53,978 nt of DNA from Octopus bimaculoides (taxonomy: Eukaryota): positions 107,220,592 to 107,274,569 of the forward strand of contig NC_068981.1 in NCBI RefSeq assembly GCF_001194135.2. Direction: 5' to 3'. Every line of letters starts with the position of its first letter. Positions within the stretch are counted from its first letter, which is position 1. Shown one piece after another: positions 11,639 through 25,121 of this stretch. The notes under the pieces are model-generated. The model saw only the letters and a program-made list of their open reading frames with translations. It was not told the DNA's origin and made no database searches. Both the position numbers and the translations under genes were made by a program.

Positions 11639-12149
11639 TATCACGTCAGATCGACGATGGGAAGGATGACTTCCCTTTGCAAATACCAACAGGGCACAGA
11701 AAGTGTGTCAGTAGCCAGCTGGAGGAGATGTTCTCCTGGGGCTACAAGCTACAGTAGCATTCACCCTTAGGGGTTAGCCGCATTTAAGTGGCAAATATAC
11801 TTCATGTCGTGCAGCTACTGTTTATACCTCATTCAGAGATTCATTATTGCTTATATATATATATATATAGTTTTAGGGAAAGGAACCAAGGTTCATGAAC
11901 TCATCGATGAAAATCCACTGTCACATATAGAAAAATTAATAAGTAAAAGCACAATAAATAAGTATAATATAATACAAAGTAAATATCATAAGATAATGAT
12001 AATAAAACGACTACATGTGTTTCATAACCAATTTCCAAATAGAAAGAAAATTTAAATCGATTAAAACTATCAAAATTCAATTCTATTCAAAAATATAGCT
12101 GATCTTCAGGTCAAAATACAACAGTAATAATAATAATAATAATAATAAT

Positions 12150-14040
12150 AAAAGAATGTATATATCAACCAACAATAAATAACAAATGAATGTATATAAA
12201 ATACTTATTATATTAAGATAGAAAAATATTATTAAAAATATCAAATTTATAAACATTCCATAATCAACCCTACATCCATTATAATACAAGCTAACACGAA
12301 TATTATATGCAAAAACCAACTTTAACGAATTTTTCATTAAAAATAGAATTTGAACGAAGTTTTAGGTCAAAATAATAAAGATAGAAGTAGCACATATCTA
12401 AACGATGCAATAGTTTAAACTAGAAGATTTTAGACTCAAATGTTTATTTAAAAGAAGTCTCGTGAAAATATTGCGTAAAGAAAAGGAATAGAATAAATAG
12501 ATATAAAAATATGAATGAAAGATTAAACTTTATATAACTTAAGTCATAATAAAACAATTAATGATATTGTATAATCAAAAAAATTAAATAAAAAGACAAG
12601 TTATTTATCCCATAAAATAAAAAGAACTATTAAATAGTATTAATGGAAAAAATTCAACCCTAATCTAATCGAAGTCTTAGTTCAGGCTAAGATGATACAC
12701 TTACTACTAATTAATTTAGTGTTAAAAAAGATATCAACTAAAATCATCATTAAAAATCAATTGAATAATATAAAAATACATATTTTTTTCAAACAATGAT
12801 ATAAAGTCATTTTCCATGAATGTATTTAATATTTTCTTTAATCTTATGGTAAGGTTGGGTATTACCTGTAAGATAAGTTAAAATTAGCATCTAAATAATT
12901 TATATTATCGTACTCATTATAAATAGTAATCTTTAATCCATTTCTTTTAAAAAAAAACTATATATTCTCTTCTTATATAATTTTAGTTTTCTATTGGTGC
13001 AATTCTTAGTTAGTAATAAAAGGTCATCCCTATATAAACCACCCTCCAATTTTAAGTTTTCAAGTTCAAGTTCTGATAATAAATATATACCTACTAAATC
13101 AGTTACCTGTGCTGAATCCGGTGCCCCCATTGCTATTATCAAAATAGTCCCTGGTATCTTTTCTAGCCCACATCTTATCATATTTAATCAACGATTTCCT
13201 AGCCATTTTAACTACATTTACTTCATCATAAGTCATATTTACCGTCTTCATTGCATAAATTAGGGCCTTATTAAGTACAATCTCATTAATAGAAGAATAA
13301 TAATTATAAATATCTATTTGAATAAATTTATATCTATTTTTATCTTTAATATTATTAAACCATTTTAAAGTATCAATAGTAATTAATATCATTTAATCTA
13401 TTGATATATTTATCTAAAATTATCTTAATCTACCTAGATCTGACTTACAAGGACAAATAAGCCTAACTTTAGGGTCAGAATAAAAATTATCTTTATGGTC
13501 TTTTAATGTAATTCTAGGGTGCATAAGTACATAAAGCTCAGTCTTATTATCTAGTTCATATTTCAACATTATTAATTTAGAGGCCTTATTAATAGAATAT
13601 AAAGTATTATCCGGAACTATTTTATATTTTTTATTAATTTCTAAATTTTTATTAATTTCTAAATTGTTTAATTTTATTCTTAAATAATCATTATGTCTAT
13701 TTGGGTATTTTTGAAATTTAATATTTTTCATCACCTAAATATTATCCTCTAAAATCTGTAAATCCCTATTATATGGGAGTTCTTTTCTAGATTTAAATTT
13801 AGAATTGATATAATCTAAATTATCTACATCATTGATATTAGTAATATTATGATTATTATTAAAGTAGACTTTCCATTTAATTCTAGTAATAAAATCCTTA
13901 ATATTAATAAGTTTCAAAATATATTCCTTTCTAGATGGGATATCCTTCAAAGATGAATTCCAAAACAGTAGCTCTATCCTACCTGTAAATTCCATAACTA
14001 ATGAAAATTGGAAGTTAAATACAAACAATAAATGTTAATT
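12150..14040 (-). mobile_element. Penelope-like retroelement (Naiad-type RT plus start of GIY-YIG), degenerate
   Basis: ORF pieces DPKVRLICPCKSDLGR, FIQIDIYNYYSSI, AMGAPDSAQVTDLVG and GGLYRDD match Penelope RT motifs of the RLINPxKS / MGxxDGAExCELVG / LYRDD type. Broken by stops and frameshifts. Confidence 0.85.
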
Positions 14041-15999
14041 ATAAATTGGAAAAATATAATAGTAATAATACTAGGGATAGAAATCCAAAACAGATCAGAA
14101 TCAGATGGTTGGATAGACAATGTTTACACATAAGTGTACATCAATGCACACATACACATTTGTATAAGTACAGCAGTTTAGATGTGTTTATTTACATGAT
14201 ATCACACTTCCAAGTGGACATTGAAACTGGACTATTAGCTTATGTACTCTCACATACACAGATTACATGATTTTACAATGAAAAATATGTAATAACACAG
14301 ACACAACCAGGGATATGTGTATAAGAAGTTCACTTTTCAGTCACATGGCTTCAGGTTCAGTCTCACTGTGTGACATCTTGGGTGAGTATCTTCTACTGAA
14401 GCCCTTGGCTGACCAATACCTTATAAATGAATTTGGTAGAAAGAAACTATTTGCATATATTTATGCAAGTATGTAAATGTACATATAAGTATGCATGTAT
14501 TTGTATATATAAATGTATGTGTACACGTGTGTGTGTGTGTATGTGTGATTGTTTACAAATCCACACTGAGCCATAACAAATGGTGGTAACATTTTCAACC
14601 CAGCTACAAGTGGTAAAGTCGCTGTTGTTGGGCTGCAACCTCTGACATTTGTTAATATTTCCCACCAACAAATCGTTTTCTAGCTTCACACCTTACAATT
14701 CCTCTGAAATAAAAAAATAAAATTCTTTACTTGAAAAAGAAGGGCATTCAGCCCCAAAAATCCTGCATCAATTCCCTTTCATCTCAGCCTTGCTAGTATG
14801 AGAAAAGACCCCCACACTGAATGAACAAATAATGTCAGCTGTACACATATATAGAGGTACAAGTAAGGTAAATAGGGACAGAGTGGGCAAGTGGGGTGGA
14901 TAGAGGAGGATGAGAAATATTTATTTCGTGGATGAATATATTATGCATTGGTCTTTGTGTTTCCTTGAGTGTGGCCAGGGTCCCATGGTAGATGGAGTTA
15001 CCAGACAGTGCGGGGTGGGTATATCGTATCCAAGTGTCTTGTATTTCTACACAGTGTGGGACCTTACATTCTAAGAAATACAAAAAATAATACATCATAT
15101 TTGCTATTGAAACATCACCCTGAATAAATGTCTCTTTTTCTTCTTAATCCTACCCCAACTAGTTTTTATGTAAGGCAGAGAATTGGCTGAGTCTTTAAGG
15201 CATCAGATAAAAACTCTGCATACTGAGTTGAAATCCTATCACAGTCAACTCTACCTTTCATCCTTTAGAGGCTGATAAACAAAGTACTAGTTCTGAGGGG
15301 TGGATAAGTGAATTGAAAGAATGTCAGACAATATGCTTTGTGACGTCTGTTCCAGTTCCTTGTGTTCTAAATTTAAATTGCACCAAATCCTACTGACAGC
15401 CAGGGATAATTCCAACCATAAATCGTAATTGGTTATGGAAGCAGCAATGGGTGGAAGGGGGTCTGCTACTGCAGTTAAAAGACGATGATGTGTGATAATT
15501 ACGTAGCATAATTCTATAAGACAGCTTTAATTTAATTTAATTTTTTTCTCCTATATATATGTAAATATAGTGAAAAAGTAAGATAAACACAAATATAAAT
15601 CAGTAGTTCCTACGTAGATTTCACCATTACAGTTATTTGGAACTCAGCATTGGATGTTCCAAGTAGATTTGGATGCCATGGAGCATCAGGGGAGCACTTT
15701 ATTACATTTTGTTACAAAGAACTAATATCTCTATAATAATTTATACTTGTGTTTATCTTAACTTTCAAAGAGTTGACATAGTGGGAAGGAAGAATTAAGC
15801 TTAGGGATTAGTGTGGAATAGTATGGCTGAAGAGAAAAGATGAGTTTATCAGACTTAAATGAAGGAGGAATGTATCTAGTCTGGTGAGAAAAGTAAAGGT
15901 TGTTATAGTAATGCTAGAGTATGGTTGAGGAAAGAAACCATACATGTATAGATTAAAAGTTGAAGTGAGTTGGTGTGTGTGTGGCTTTGTCAATCAGTT

Positions 16000-17290
16000 G
16001 GATAGCATTCTTTTAGCTGCAATTTAGAAAGTTTGTGTGTGCAACAGCAGCACGACCCCAGCTATGATGCAGCATTCTTTTGTGTATTTTATTGGAGCTT
16101 AGACAGTAGCTGTTTAAAAATCAATACCCTGAAGGTGAAGGTTAGTCTTTAGGAAGCAGTTTTGATTATGGTATGAATGTGAGATTGCTGGGAATGATCA
16201 CTAGAGAATCATTTTACAGTGATTTTGTGACTTTAAAAAAATATTGTCCAAGACTGAGTTACATTATTGTCACCTTGATATGTGCAATGATTGTCTATTT
16301 ATGCATTGAAGTAGACAAGAATATCTCGCCTCTATTGAAAAATATTAACAAGGTCTCTTGTTGGATTCAGGTTTTATGTGAAGTGTCCCCGTTGCTATGT
16401 AGATAACATTTTGGTGCAGAAGATTAGATTTAAATGTAATGACATCAGCTGAATGATGGCACTCGTTGGTGAAACTATGATAACAGGCCTATCTGTTATC
16501 TAAGATAACAAATAGGTTTTGCTGATGATGCTGTTATTAGTTATTGTTGCTGAGTCATTGGATATCTTAAGAAGTTCTCTCTTTTCATTGAGTGAGGAAG
16601 TAGAACCACTTGGCCTTGGTTCAAGACAAAGATCTAGTCATTTGTTTGCTTCTTGAAGGACTCCACTTTGTCTGTCTCTGTTGTGGATGAGGATGTTGAA
16701 TTTGTTGACTGCTTTGCTTCTCTCAGCAGTGAGATTTTAAGCAGTAGTAGCTGTGATTTTGAAGTCTTAAAAAGACTTGGATGAACTAGTGCAGTTGTGA
16801 ACTCATTGGACAAGGCTGTTTGGCACTGCTGATATCTGTGCTGGAGGACAAAGGTTTGGGCTTTAGGTGTCTGGTCCTCTGTGTCCTGTAGTATCATTTT
16901 GAAACTTGGACACTGTTCAGGGCCCTTAGGAGCTACCTTTGGGACCTGGATACTTCACAAAATTATGGGTTACAATGCTCAGATTTCGTATCCAACCAAT
17001 GCTTCTACTCAGAAACTGGGATGTCCTGTTGCTTGTGTGATTCAGGAACACCAGCTCAGACTGGTTATGTTGCTCAATTTTCCAATTTAGACCCTGCTTG
17101 CTGTGTCCTCTTCACTGAGGCTCCACCTGGATTGACAGCTCATGTCGGTCGAATATATGCCACATAGTCATGGCAGATGAGAAATTATTTCGTGGAGCTG
17201 AGGACTGACTGGTACTCTGCTCTATGGGTCGCCCAGGGAGACCGGGGAATATACCAACAAATAGTGAATGCAGCAATGTGTTGCTACAGT
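16000..17290 (-). mobile_element. Possible highly decayed LINE 5' region (ORF1/endonuclease-like)
   Basis: GC-richer coding-like stretch with stop-broken ORFs (QVPKVAPKGPEQCP..., Ser/Thr-rich segment). No diagnostic motif recognised. Confidence 0.25.
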
Positions 17291-17693
17291 GCATGCCTCC
17301 ACACTTGACCTGATTAGCATTGTTAAACTTTAAATCCTATGAAAGTGAACTTTGACTTTCATTCCTCAGGAAAAATAAGTACATGTAATTACTGAGGTTT
17401 ATTCAATTGTCAGTACTCTTCCCTATCCAATTTATGGCCTTGTCTCAGTGTATAAAATTATTATTGTTATTATTAAAATGTTGGAATGGCAGAGGAGCTC
17501 AAGAGTCCAATTTTAGCCTAGCAGTAGTCAGATATGTTCCTCTCTGCTATGAGTCTGAATCTCATTAATGCCAACTTTGCCTTTAATTCCTTTGGCCTCA
17601 ATAAAAGAACTAATAGTCAAGTGCTGAGGGTAACTTATTTAATTGCCCCTTCCTTTAAAATGTGTGGACACATACCAATATGAGAAATTATTT

Positions 17694-17733
<40 letters not shown>

Positions 17734-18378
17734 CATCATCATCATCATCATGTATGTTGCAACACTGAATTAGTGAAAACAGTAAATATTGAGACAAATG
17801 TTTCTCTTCTGAATTGACTCAGTATTTTATTCTGGGATTAATAAACCAAATGCTAACATTTGAATGCATTTTCCCCTAACTAAATGTCACCTTTGTATTT
17901 AGTTTCCAATATTATTAGAATATGTACTTGCTAACTTAAAAAAAAAATATTTTCCCTAATCAAACATTGTGAGTAGATTTGGTGGTCAGAATTTGAAAGA
18001 AGCATGTTTGTGTATATGTATGTATGTGTGTGTGTGTACCTGTGTTTTTATGTATGTGTTTGCCCCACCTTTTGCTTGATAACTGGTATTGGTTTGTTCA
18101 TGTTCCCAGTGAATGAAAAAGAAATAAGTTCTGGGGTCAATGTGTTCAACTAAGTCCTTCAAGGTGATGCCCCAGGATGGCTACAGCCCAATGACTGAAA
18201 CAAGTAAAACATAAAAGATAAATTACAAGTCAGACTTTTTGAATAAATTTCTTAATTATAACATATTCAGTATTATTTTCTTCATACAAAAGTATCAATC
18301 AATAAGTTGCTCTTTTCAGTTTTGTTCTGACTGAAGATTTATTTGTCATAAATGGTGTTCTTTTTTGCAGATTAAACT

Positions 18379-18466
18379 ATGGCATTCTTTATGTTAAACT
18401 CTGACTATTCCAGAATTAACATTCCAAAACTTAAAGAAAAGACAACATATTGGGCAATGTGTCATG
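18379..18466 (+). CDS. GSS: Glutathione synthetase, first coding exon (exon starts 18371, ATG 18379): MAFFMLNSDYSRINIPKLKEKTTYWAMCHG
   Basis: Acceptor ttttttgcag ends at 18370; donor G|GTGAGT at 18467 (phase 1). KEKTTYWAMCHG aligns with human ARQAVDRALAEG. The phase matches the next exon. Confidence 0.85.
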
Positions 18467-19389
18467 GTGAGTACTTTAGAAGTCTTCATTTTATTACATC
18501 ATTTATTACTCCTAGCATTATAAGCAGTTGTTGTTTTTCCATATTAATACATTATCAAATGTCTCCCCATTTTTTTCCTATTTAAATGTTACTTGATGTT
18601 TTGATGTGATCTGAAAGTTGCTGTTGGCAGGAGATTTAAAGAGAGGTAAAAGAGCCAATACATTGAATTATTTTATATAAGGCATTTTCTTTATTTGATT
18701 AGTAAGTAATAATACATGTAATATTTGTCAGTGTGCTTGTGCACATGTGTGTGAGTTTGTGTGCATGTATATAAGTATGATTGTGTGTGGTTGTGAGGAT
18801 ATGGACTTTGCTTGTTGCCACAGGGATCAATCTCATTGTGCCGTACTCTGGGTTGAGCAATATTTTCTGATTGGAATTGGCAGGCAGAAATTATAGAAGC
18901 TCATGACGTTTGTGCGTGTGTGTGTGCGCGCGCGCGCAAGCACACGCATGTGTATGCAGTTGAAGAAGTGCAGAGAGAAAAATCCATTACTTGAAGAATA
19001 GATAAGGGTTAGTGACAGGAAAGGCACCTGGCTGTGTGAACAATGTCTCTGTAATATATATTAATCCAACCAATAATAGCATGGGGAAATGGATGTTCCA
19101 ATAAATATATGAATGCAGGCATACAAATATATATATATATGTTATATCTTTATGGATAACTGAATACGCTGCAACAGTGTAATAACAAATGGCAGTAACC
19201 ACACAACACATAAAAACAATCTTTTAAGAACCAACAACCCAACATGCTAACTCGAACTGTAAACTTTGAACTATCAAAACATAAACTGTGGAACTAGCAT
19301 GAACTACCTCACTTACTCAGACCACTACTATTTATATATAGTGGTCCAGCCCATTCTCACCAGGGGGTGTTGTGCTCTTGTACATCTCA

Positions 19390-20440
19390 CATTTTGAGAT
19401 TTCGTGTTTCAAAGGAATATAGAATTTTTTTATTTATATACATATNNNNNNNNNNNNNNNNNNNNNNNNNNNNNNNNNNNNNNNNNNNNNNNNNNNNNNN
19501 NNNNNNNNNNNNNNNNNNNNNNNNNNNNNNNNNNNNNNNNNNNNNNNNNNNNNNNNNNNNNNNNNNNNNNNNNNNNNNNNNNNNNNNNNNNNNNNNNNNN
19601 NNNNNNNNNNNNNNNNNNNNNNNNNNNNNNNATGGAGCCCCATTTTCCATGAATAAAAACTCATTTTTCGTTATGTTATCGTGTGAATACATCGGAAGTA
19701 GTCCTTGCTTAAGTATTTCGATGTATTTTTCAGAGTTTATGGTTCCAACACATTTGCTCAGCTCAGAACCACCATTACATACCATTACAGAGATACTGCC
19801 ATGTTTCACAGTTGGTTGGAGTCATTTCAAATCAAATTCTTGATTGGGAAGACTCCAGACCCAAACATGTCCACTGTCTGAAAATAATGCAAATCTGGAT
19901 TCATCTGAGAAAAATCACTCTATCCCAAAATGAATTGGATTTTTCTGACATCTGCTTAGCCCATTTCTTTCTATTCATAATATTAATTGGTTGAAGGAGA
20001 GGTTTTCTTCTAGCTGCTCTTTCGTAATACCCAAGCTTATGCAGATATGTAACACACACATTCTTGGACTAACTTCTAGCTGTTTTGCAATGTCAGAAGC
20101 CTTCGAATGGGGTTCGTTTTCCACAGTTCTCTTCAAACAGTGAAGCTTCCTTTCTGAGGGCCCAGGTTGGCTGGGATGAGAATCTGTCGATTCTTTTCTT
20201 TGGCTTTTGAATTGCACAATAGTTCTATTAACAGTAGCAAGAGGAATTTGAAGATTTTCGGCAATTTTTCGCTGGCTATGACCAGCCTCAGATTGCCCAA
20301 CAATATGACCGCTTTGAAAATCTAACAGTTCTGCTGAATTTTTTGTGCATGGCATGGTTATTCTTCGGAAATATGGCACCTGGAATGAAAAAGGATAATT
20401 ACATTGTAAATTCTACACAGCTGAAAACATATTAAGACGC
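19390..20440 (-). mobile_element. Tc1-type (DD34E) transposase remnant inserted next to the Gypsy 3' LTR; its left end lies in or near an N-gap
   Basis: GHIVG..EAG.SQRKIA..L.IP.ATV (HTH), VIFSDESRF, PTVKHGSISVMV and FLFMENGAP. TIRs not resolved. Confidence 0.8.
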
Positions 20441-21537
20441 TTAGATCAGAAATTTTGAAAATTAAAGGTGTCTATTTACTTCCTGCATGTCTGTGTATAT
20501 TTCTAGTATCTCTTTTGCTTGGGCATTATCTCAAGGGGTTTAGTCTGCTTTCTTTTTCTCATGCTGGTTCTACAGGACGCTGTTACTTTTGCAATTGGTA
20601 CATTGAATATTTCACAGAATACTTCCTGGGAATTTCTTCCTGATTTTGGGTATGTGCTTCCTTAGTTGGTTTATATGTCTCTTATGTTCACCATGTGACC
20701 CTTTAATTAGATACCTTATACTTCCAATATTTCTGACAACAAGGCCAGCTTGCCAGCCTCCTTTAACATTTCTACAGGTTTTGAAATGCACTTTCTCACC
20801 TATCTCGACGTATTTTGTTAGCTCTTTCGTATTTCCATTATGTTTTTTTTCTCTACTAATAGCTTATCAAAAATTGATTTTATTCTTCTTTTGAACATCA
20901 ATTCTGTGGGAGACCTCCCTGAATTTGTACTTGGGTTGGGGGGGGGGTCACTCTGTATATTCTTAAGAAATTTGTCAGTGCTTCGTCGTTACTTAATTCA
21001 TTCCTTGCTTTTCTTAATGCTCTTTTAAAGGTGTCCACAAATCTTTCTACCTGTCTGTTTGATCTCAGGTGGTAGGGTGGGGTGAAAATATGCTTTATCG
21101 CATGCCTTTTACAGAAGTTCCTGAATTCATGCTCAGAGAACTGTGTTCCATTGTCTGAAACTAGTATGTCAGGAACGCAATATCGTGCAGACAATTTGTA
21201 TAAGAGCTTTATAGTTGTCTTAGAGGTTGGTCTATAGTACCTGCAAACCTCTGGCCTCTTAATACAGTTATCTACTATGATTTGGTAGTAAACACCATTT
21301 ACCAGTCTGGCATAGTCAATGTGTAATATAGATTATGGGTTCTCTGTCTCTGGCCACAATTGTTATTTTACCTGTGGGGCTTTGGCTGCAAGCATGCAAT
21401 CATAGCATGTTCTCAACAAGTTTTCGATATCCTGGTCCATAGACGGCCAACAGACATAACTCTTCATCAGAGCTTTCATCCTTGCCATTCCTGGATGTCC
21501 ACTGTGAAATTGTTGCAAGCCACCTTTTTGTAATGTA

Positions 21538-22799
21538 TTGAATCATCCCATAAATAATGCAGCTTTTTCAATTGCATGAATTAAAAGTCAGAGTTGGGTG
21601 GGATAAACTACCTGCATCAAGTTGCTATAAAAGCAGGTAGTAATTTTATCTTGTACTTATTCTTAGTGCAAGTTTTGAAGAGTGCAGTTCAATTTTAACA
21701 GTTATTTTTTCAAAGCTGTAATGGAAGTGACAAAGCATATTCGGCATATTTTGCTTTATGAGTTCAATAAAAGCAATAACACAATAGAAAGTGCAAGGAA
21801 TATTAATGCGGTATATGGGTATCTGACAATAAGCATAAGCCAGTGTCAATAGTGGTTCCAGAATTTCCGAGCCAGAAACTACAGCCTAGAAGACAAGCCT
21901 CATCCTGGAAGATCTGTTGAGCTCGACAAGGATGTCCTGCAAATCCTATCGTAACTTTTGAAGAACTAGCAGAAAAGCTTGGATTTGGTCATTTAGCCAT
22001 TCAACACCTGTGTGCTATTAGAAAGGTCAGCAAATTGGGTCAGTGGGTGCCTTGCAAACTTTCTGAGTCTAATTGCACACAAAGAGTGAATGTGCGCTCT
22101 TCTTTGCTGTCACATCTCACGAATAAGCCATTTTTGGTCTGACTAGTGACTGGTGATGAGAAATGGGTTCTCTATAAAAATGTCAAGCACCTAACACAGG
22201 GTGTATGGAAAGGAGAAACACCGGTACCCCAGGCTAAAAAAGGTCTTCACCCATGTAAGGTGTTGTTATCTGTTTGGTGGGATATGAAAGGTTTAGTTCA
22301 CTTTGAACTTTTAAACTCAAACCAAATGGTAACAAAGGAGATCCACTGTGAGCAGCTTGAGTGGCTTAAGTCAGCACTAGAAGAAAAATGATCATCTTTG
22401 GTTTCACAGCAAAAGGTGTTCTTCCATCAGGATAATGCTTGACCACATACAGTGAGGATGACATTCCAGAGACTGGAGCAGTTTGAATGGGAAATGATGC
22501 CCCACCCACCATATTTGCCACACATTGTCCTATCTGATTATCATTTATTCTTCAATATTCAAAATCATTTGGATGGAAAAAATATGAATTCTGTTGATGA
22601 GATCAGAACAGATCTGGAGGAGTATTTTTTCTCACAGACAAGTGAATTTTGGAAGAGGGGCTTTGCAAGTCTATTAGATAGATGGCAGAGCATTGTAGAA
22701 AATGAAGGAAAGTATATTTTAGATTAAACAAGAACTTTGTCTATCTTAATTTTGAAAAATAAAAGAAGTATAAAAAAAATTATTTATAGGACGACCTAA
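21538..22799 (+). mobile_element. Full-length decayed mariner (DD34D) nested in Gypsy pol
   Basis: TA duplication at 21536-21537 and 22800-22801. TIRs ttgaatcatcccataaataat / rc ttaggtcgtcctataaataat. Transposase motifs VTGDEKW, LLSVWWD, HQDNA and HPPYLPHIVLSDYHLF. Confidence 0.93.
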
Positions 22800-25121
22800 T
22801 AGTTGGAACCACCATTCTTTGGGCATACATCAGAATATTGTCACAAACTGAAAAACTACAGGCATCTGAATTTAAATTCTATTTATTTTTAAAGCCTCTT
22901 TTATTTTCATAATATACTTGTCATCTACAGCTTTCATTCTTATATCCTGTGCTGTCACTGGTAGTTCTTGGATAATGTCTGTAACTTTTAATTTCACTTT
23001 CTGCCTGCAGTGTGACTATAACAGTCACTTCTAATGGTTCCATATTTTTTTGAATTAATCTCGAAAGGCAGTCTGCATGACTGTTTTTTTTTAATGGAAT
23101 GTATTGCATCTTGAAATTATAAGTTAGTAATATTACACCCCAACATTGCAGGCAGTTCACAGTATCAATTGGTAACCCTTTTTTAGACCCATAAAACAAC
23201 AGCAAAGGTCTATTGATCTGTTTGCAATAAAAAAACTTCTGCCATGCAGAAACCTGTGAAATTTTTTAACTGCAAAAATAATTGCTTGGGCTTCCTTTTC
23301 AATTTTGCTATATCTCTTTTCTGCAGCTATTAGTGAGCATGAAACATTGAACCACTGATTTTGTCCTTCCATCTTCATATTTATGAAGTAGAACTGTACC
23401 TAATCTGTGCTCTGAAGTATCAGATGCTACAATGATGTCCATTTCGGGATCATAATGTGTTAACGACAGGTCTGAGATTATAATATTTTTAATTTCTTCA
23501 AAAGTTTTCTGGCATTTAGTGGACCAGTTCCACTTTACTCCATTTTTTAATAAGCTGTTCAATGGAATTCTTAACTTGTGCATATTAGGAATGTAGCCTT
23601 GATAATAGTTTGCCACCCCAAGAAATGCTTATGAAGTTGGAATATTTGTTGGTGTAGGCATATCACTTATTGCATCTGCCCTCGTTATTTGTCCTAAGTA
23701 CTTAATTTGGGGAAGAAAGAATTTACATTTTTCTTCATTCAAAGTGAACCTGAAAACTTCAATTTTCTTAAACACAGCTTTTATATGTTCCACATGCTGT
23801 TCATTAGAATTACTCTTGATCAAAATATCGTCCAAGTATGGAATTGTCAATTCACAATCAGATAACATCGTATCCATGATTTGCTGGAATATTGCGGTGC
23901 CACTTTTAATCCAAAAGGTAATTGTGTGTATCTGTACAACCCTATGTGTGTATTTATTGTCAAATACTTTGAGCATTTTTCATTTACTTCTCTCTGTAAA
24001 TAGGCTTCAGGCAGATCTAATTTGGAAAAAATTTTCCACCTTTTAACTTAGCAAAAATGTCCTGTGCAGTCAGGAGTGGATGGTGGTATGTTTTTAAGCA
24101 GTTGTTCAAGCCTGTAGAGAAATTGGCACACAGCCTAATCTTATTTCTTTTAATACATACCGTGGGTGCTGCTTCGAGTAATCCACCTTTTTGATAACTC
24201 CACTTGGCAGTAACCATATGGAATGTAACAACAATCCTTTAAGAACCAACAATCCAACACGCTTACTTAAACTGTAAACTTTAAACTATCAACACATGGA
24301 CTGTGGAATTAGCATGAACTACCCCACTTACTCAGACCGCTACTATTTATATGTAGTGGTCCAGCCCATTCTCGCTAGGGGGCGTCATACTCTTGCACAA
24401 TATATATNNNNNNNNNNNNNNNNNNNNNNNNNNNNNNNNNNNNNNNNNNNNNNNNNNNNNNNNNNNNNNNNNNNNNNNNNNNNNNNNNNNNNNNNNNNNN
24501 NNNNNNNNNNNNNNNNNNNNNNNNNNNNNNNNNNNNNNNNNNNNNNNNNNNNNNNNNNNNNNNNNNNNNNNNNNNNNNNNNNNNNNNNNNNNNNNNNNNN
24601 NNNNNNNNNNNNNNNNNNNNNNNNNNNNNNNNNNNNNNNNNNNNNNNNNNNNNNNNNNNNNNNNNNNNNNNNNNNNNNNNNNNNNNNNNNNNNNNNNNNN
24701 NNNNNNNNNNNNNNNNNNNNNNNNNNNNNNNNNNNNNNNNNNNNNNNNNNNNNNNNNNNNNNNNNNNNNNNNNNNNNNNNNNNNNNNNNNNNNNNNNNNN
24801 NNNNNNNNNNNNNNNNNNNNNNNNNNNNNNNNNNNNNNNNNNNNNNNNNNNNNNNNNNNNNNNNNNNNNNNNNNNNNNNNNNNNNNNNNNNNNNNNNNNN
24901 NNNNNNNNNNNNNNNNNNNNNNNNNNNNNNNNNNNNNNNNNNNNNNNNNNNNNNNNNNNNNNNNNNNNNNNNNNNNNNNNNNNNNNNNNNNNNNNNNNNN
25001 NNNNNNNNNNNNNNNNNNNNNNNNNNNNNNNNNNNNNNNNNNNNNNNNNNNNNNNNNNNNNNNNNNNNNNNNNNNNNNNNNNNNNNNNNNNNNNNNNNNN
25101 NNNNNNNNNNNNNNNNNNNNN

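Larger units (their letters stand above)
19178..24399 (-). mobile_element. Ty3/Gypsy LTR retrotransposon: LTRs 19178-19384 and about 24205-24399; RT, RNaseH and integrase present; gag/protease absent
   Basis: Two ~200-bp direct repeats; the left copy is TGTAAT...TGTACA. Minus-strand motifs: IPYLDD (RT), SDTS..LG.VL and YSKIEKEA.AIIFAVKKFH (RNaseH), HSGHPGM.RMK and VSDNGTQF...PPYH.RSN.QVERF (integrase). Order RT-RH-INT. Confidence 0.92.

Noticed and set aside
16173-16406. 77-aa ORF as an extra GSS exon or small membrane protein
   Set aside because: No similarity to GSS, no fitting splice phases, and it lies within a probable decayed element.
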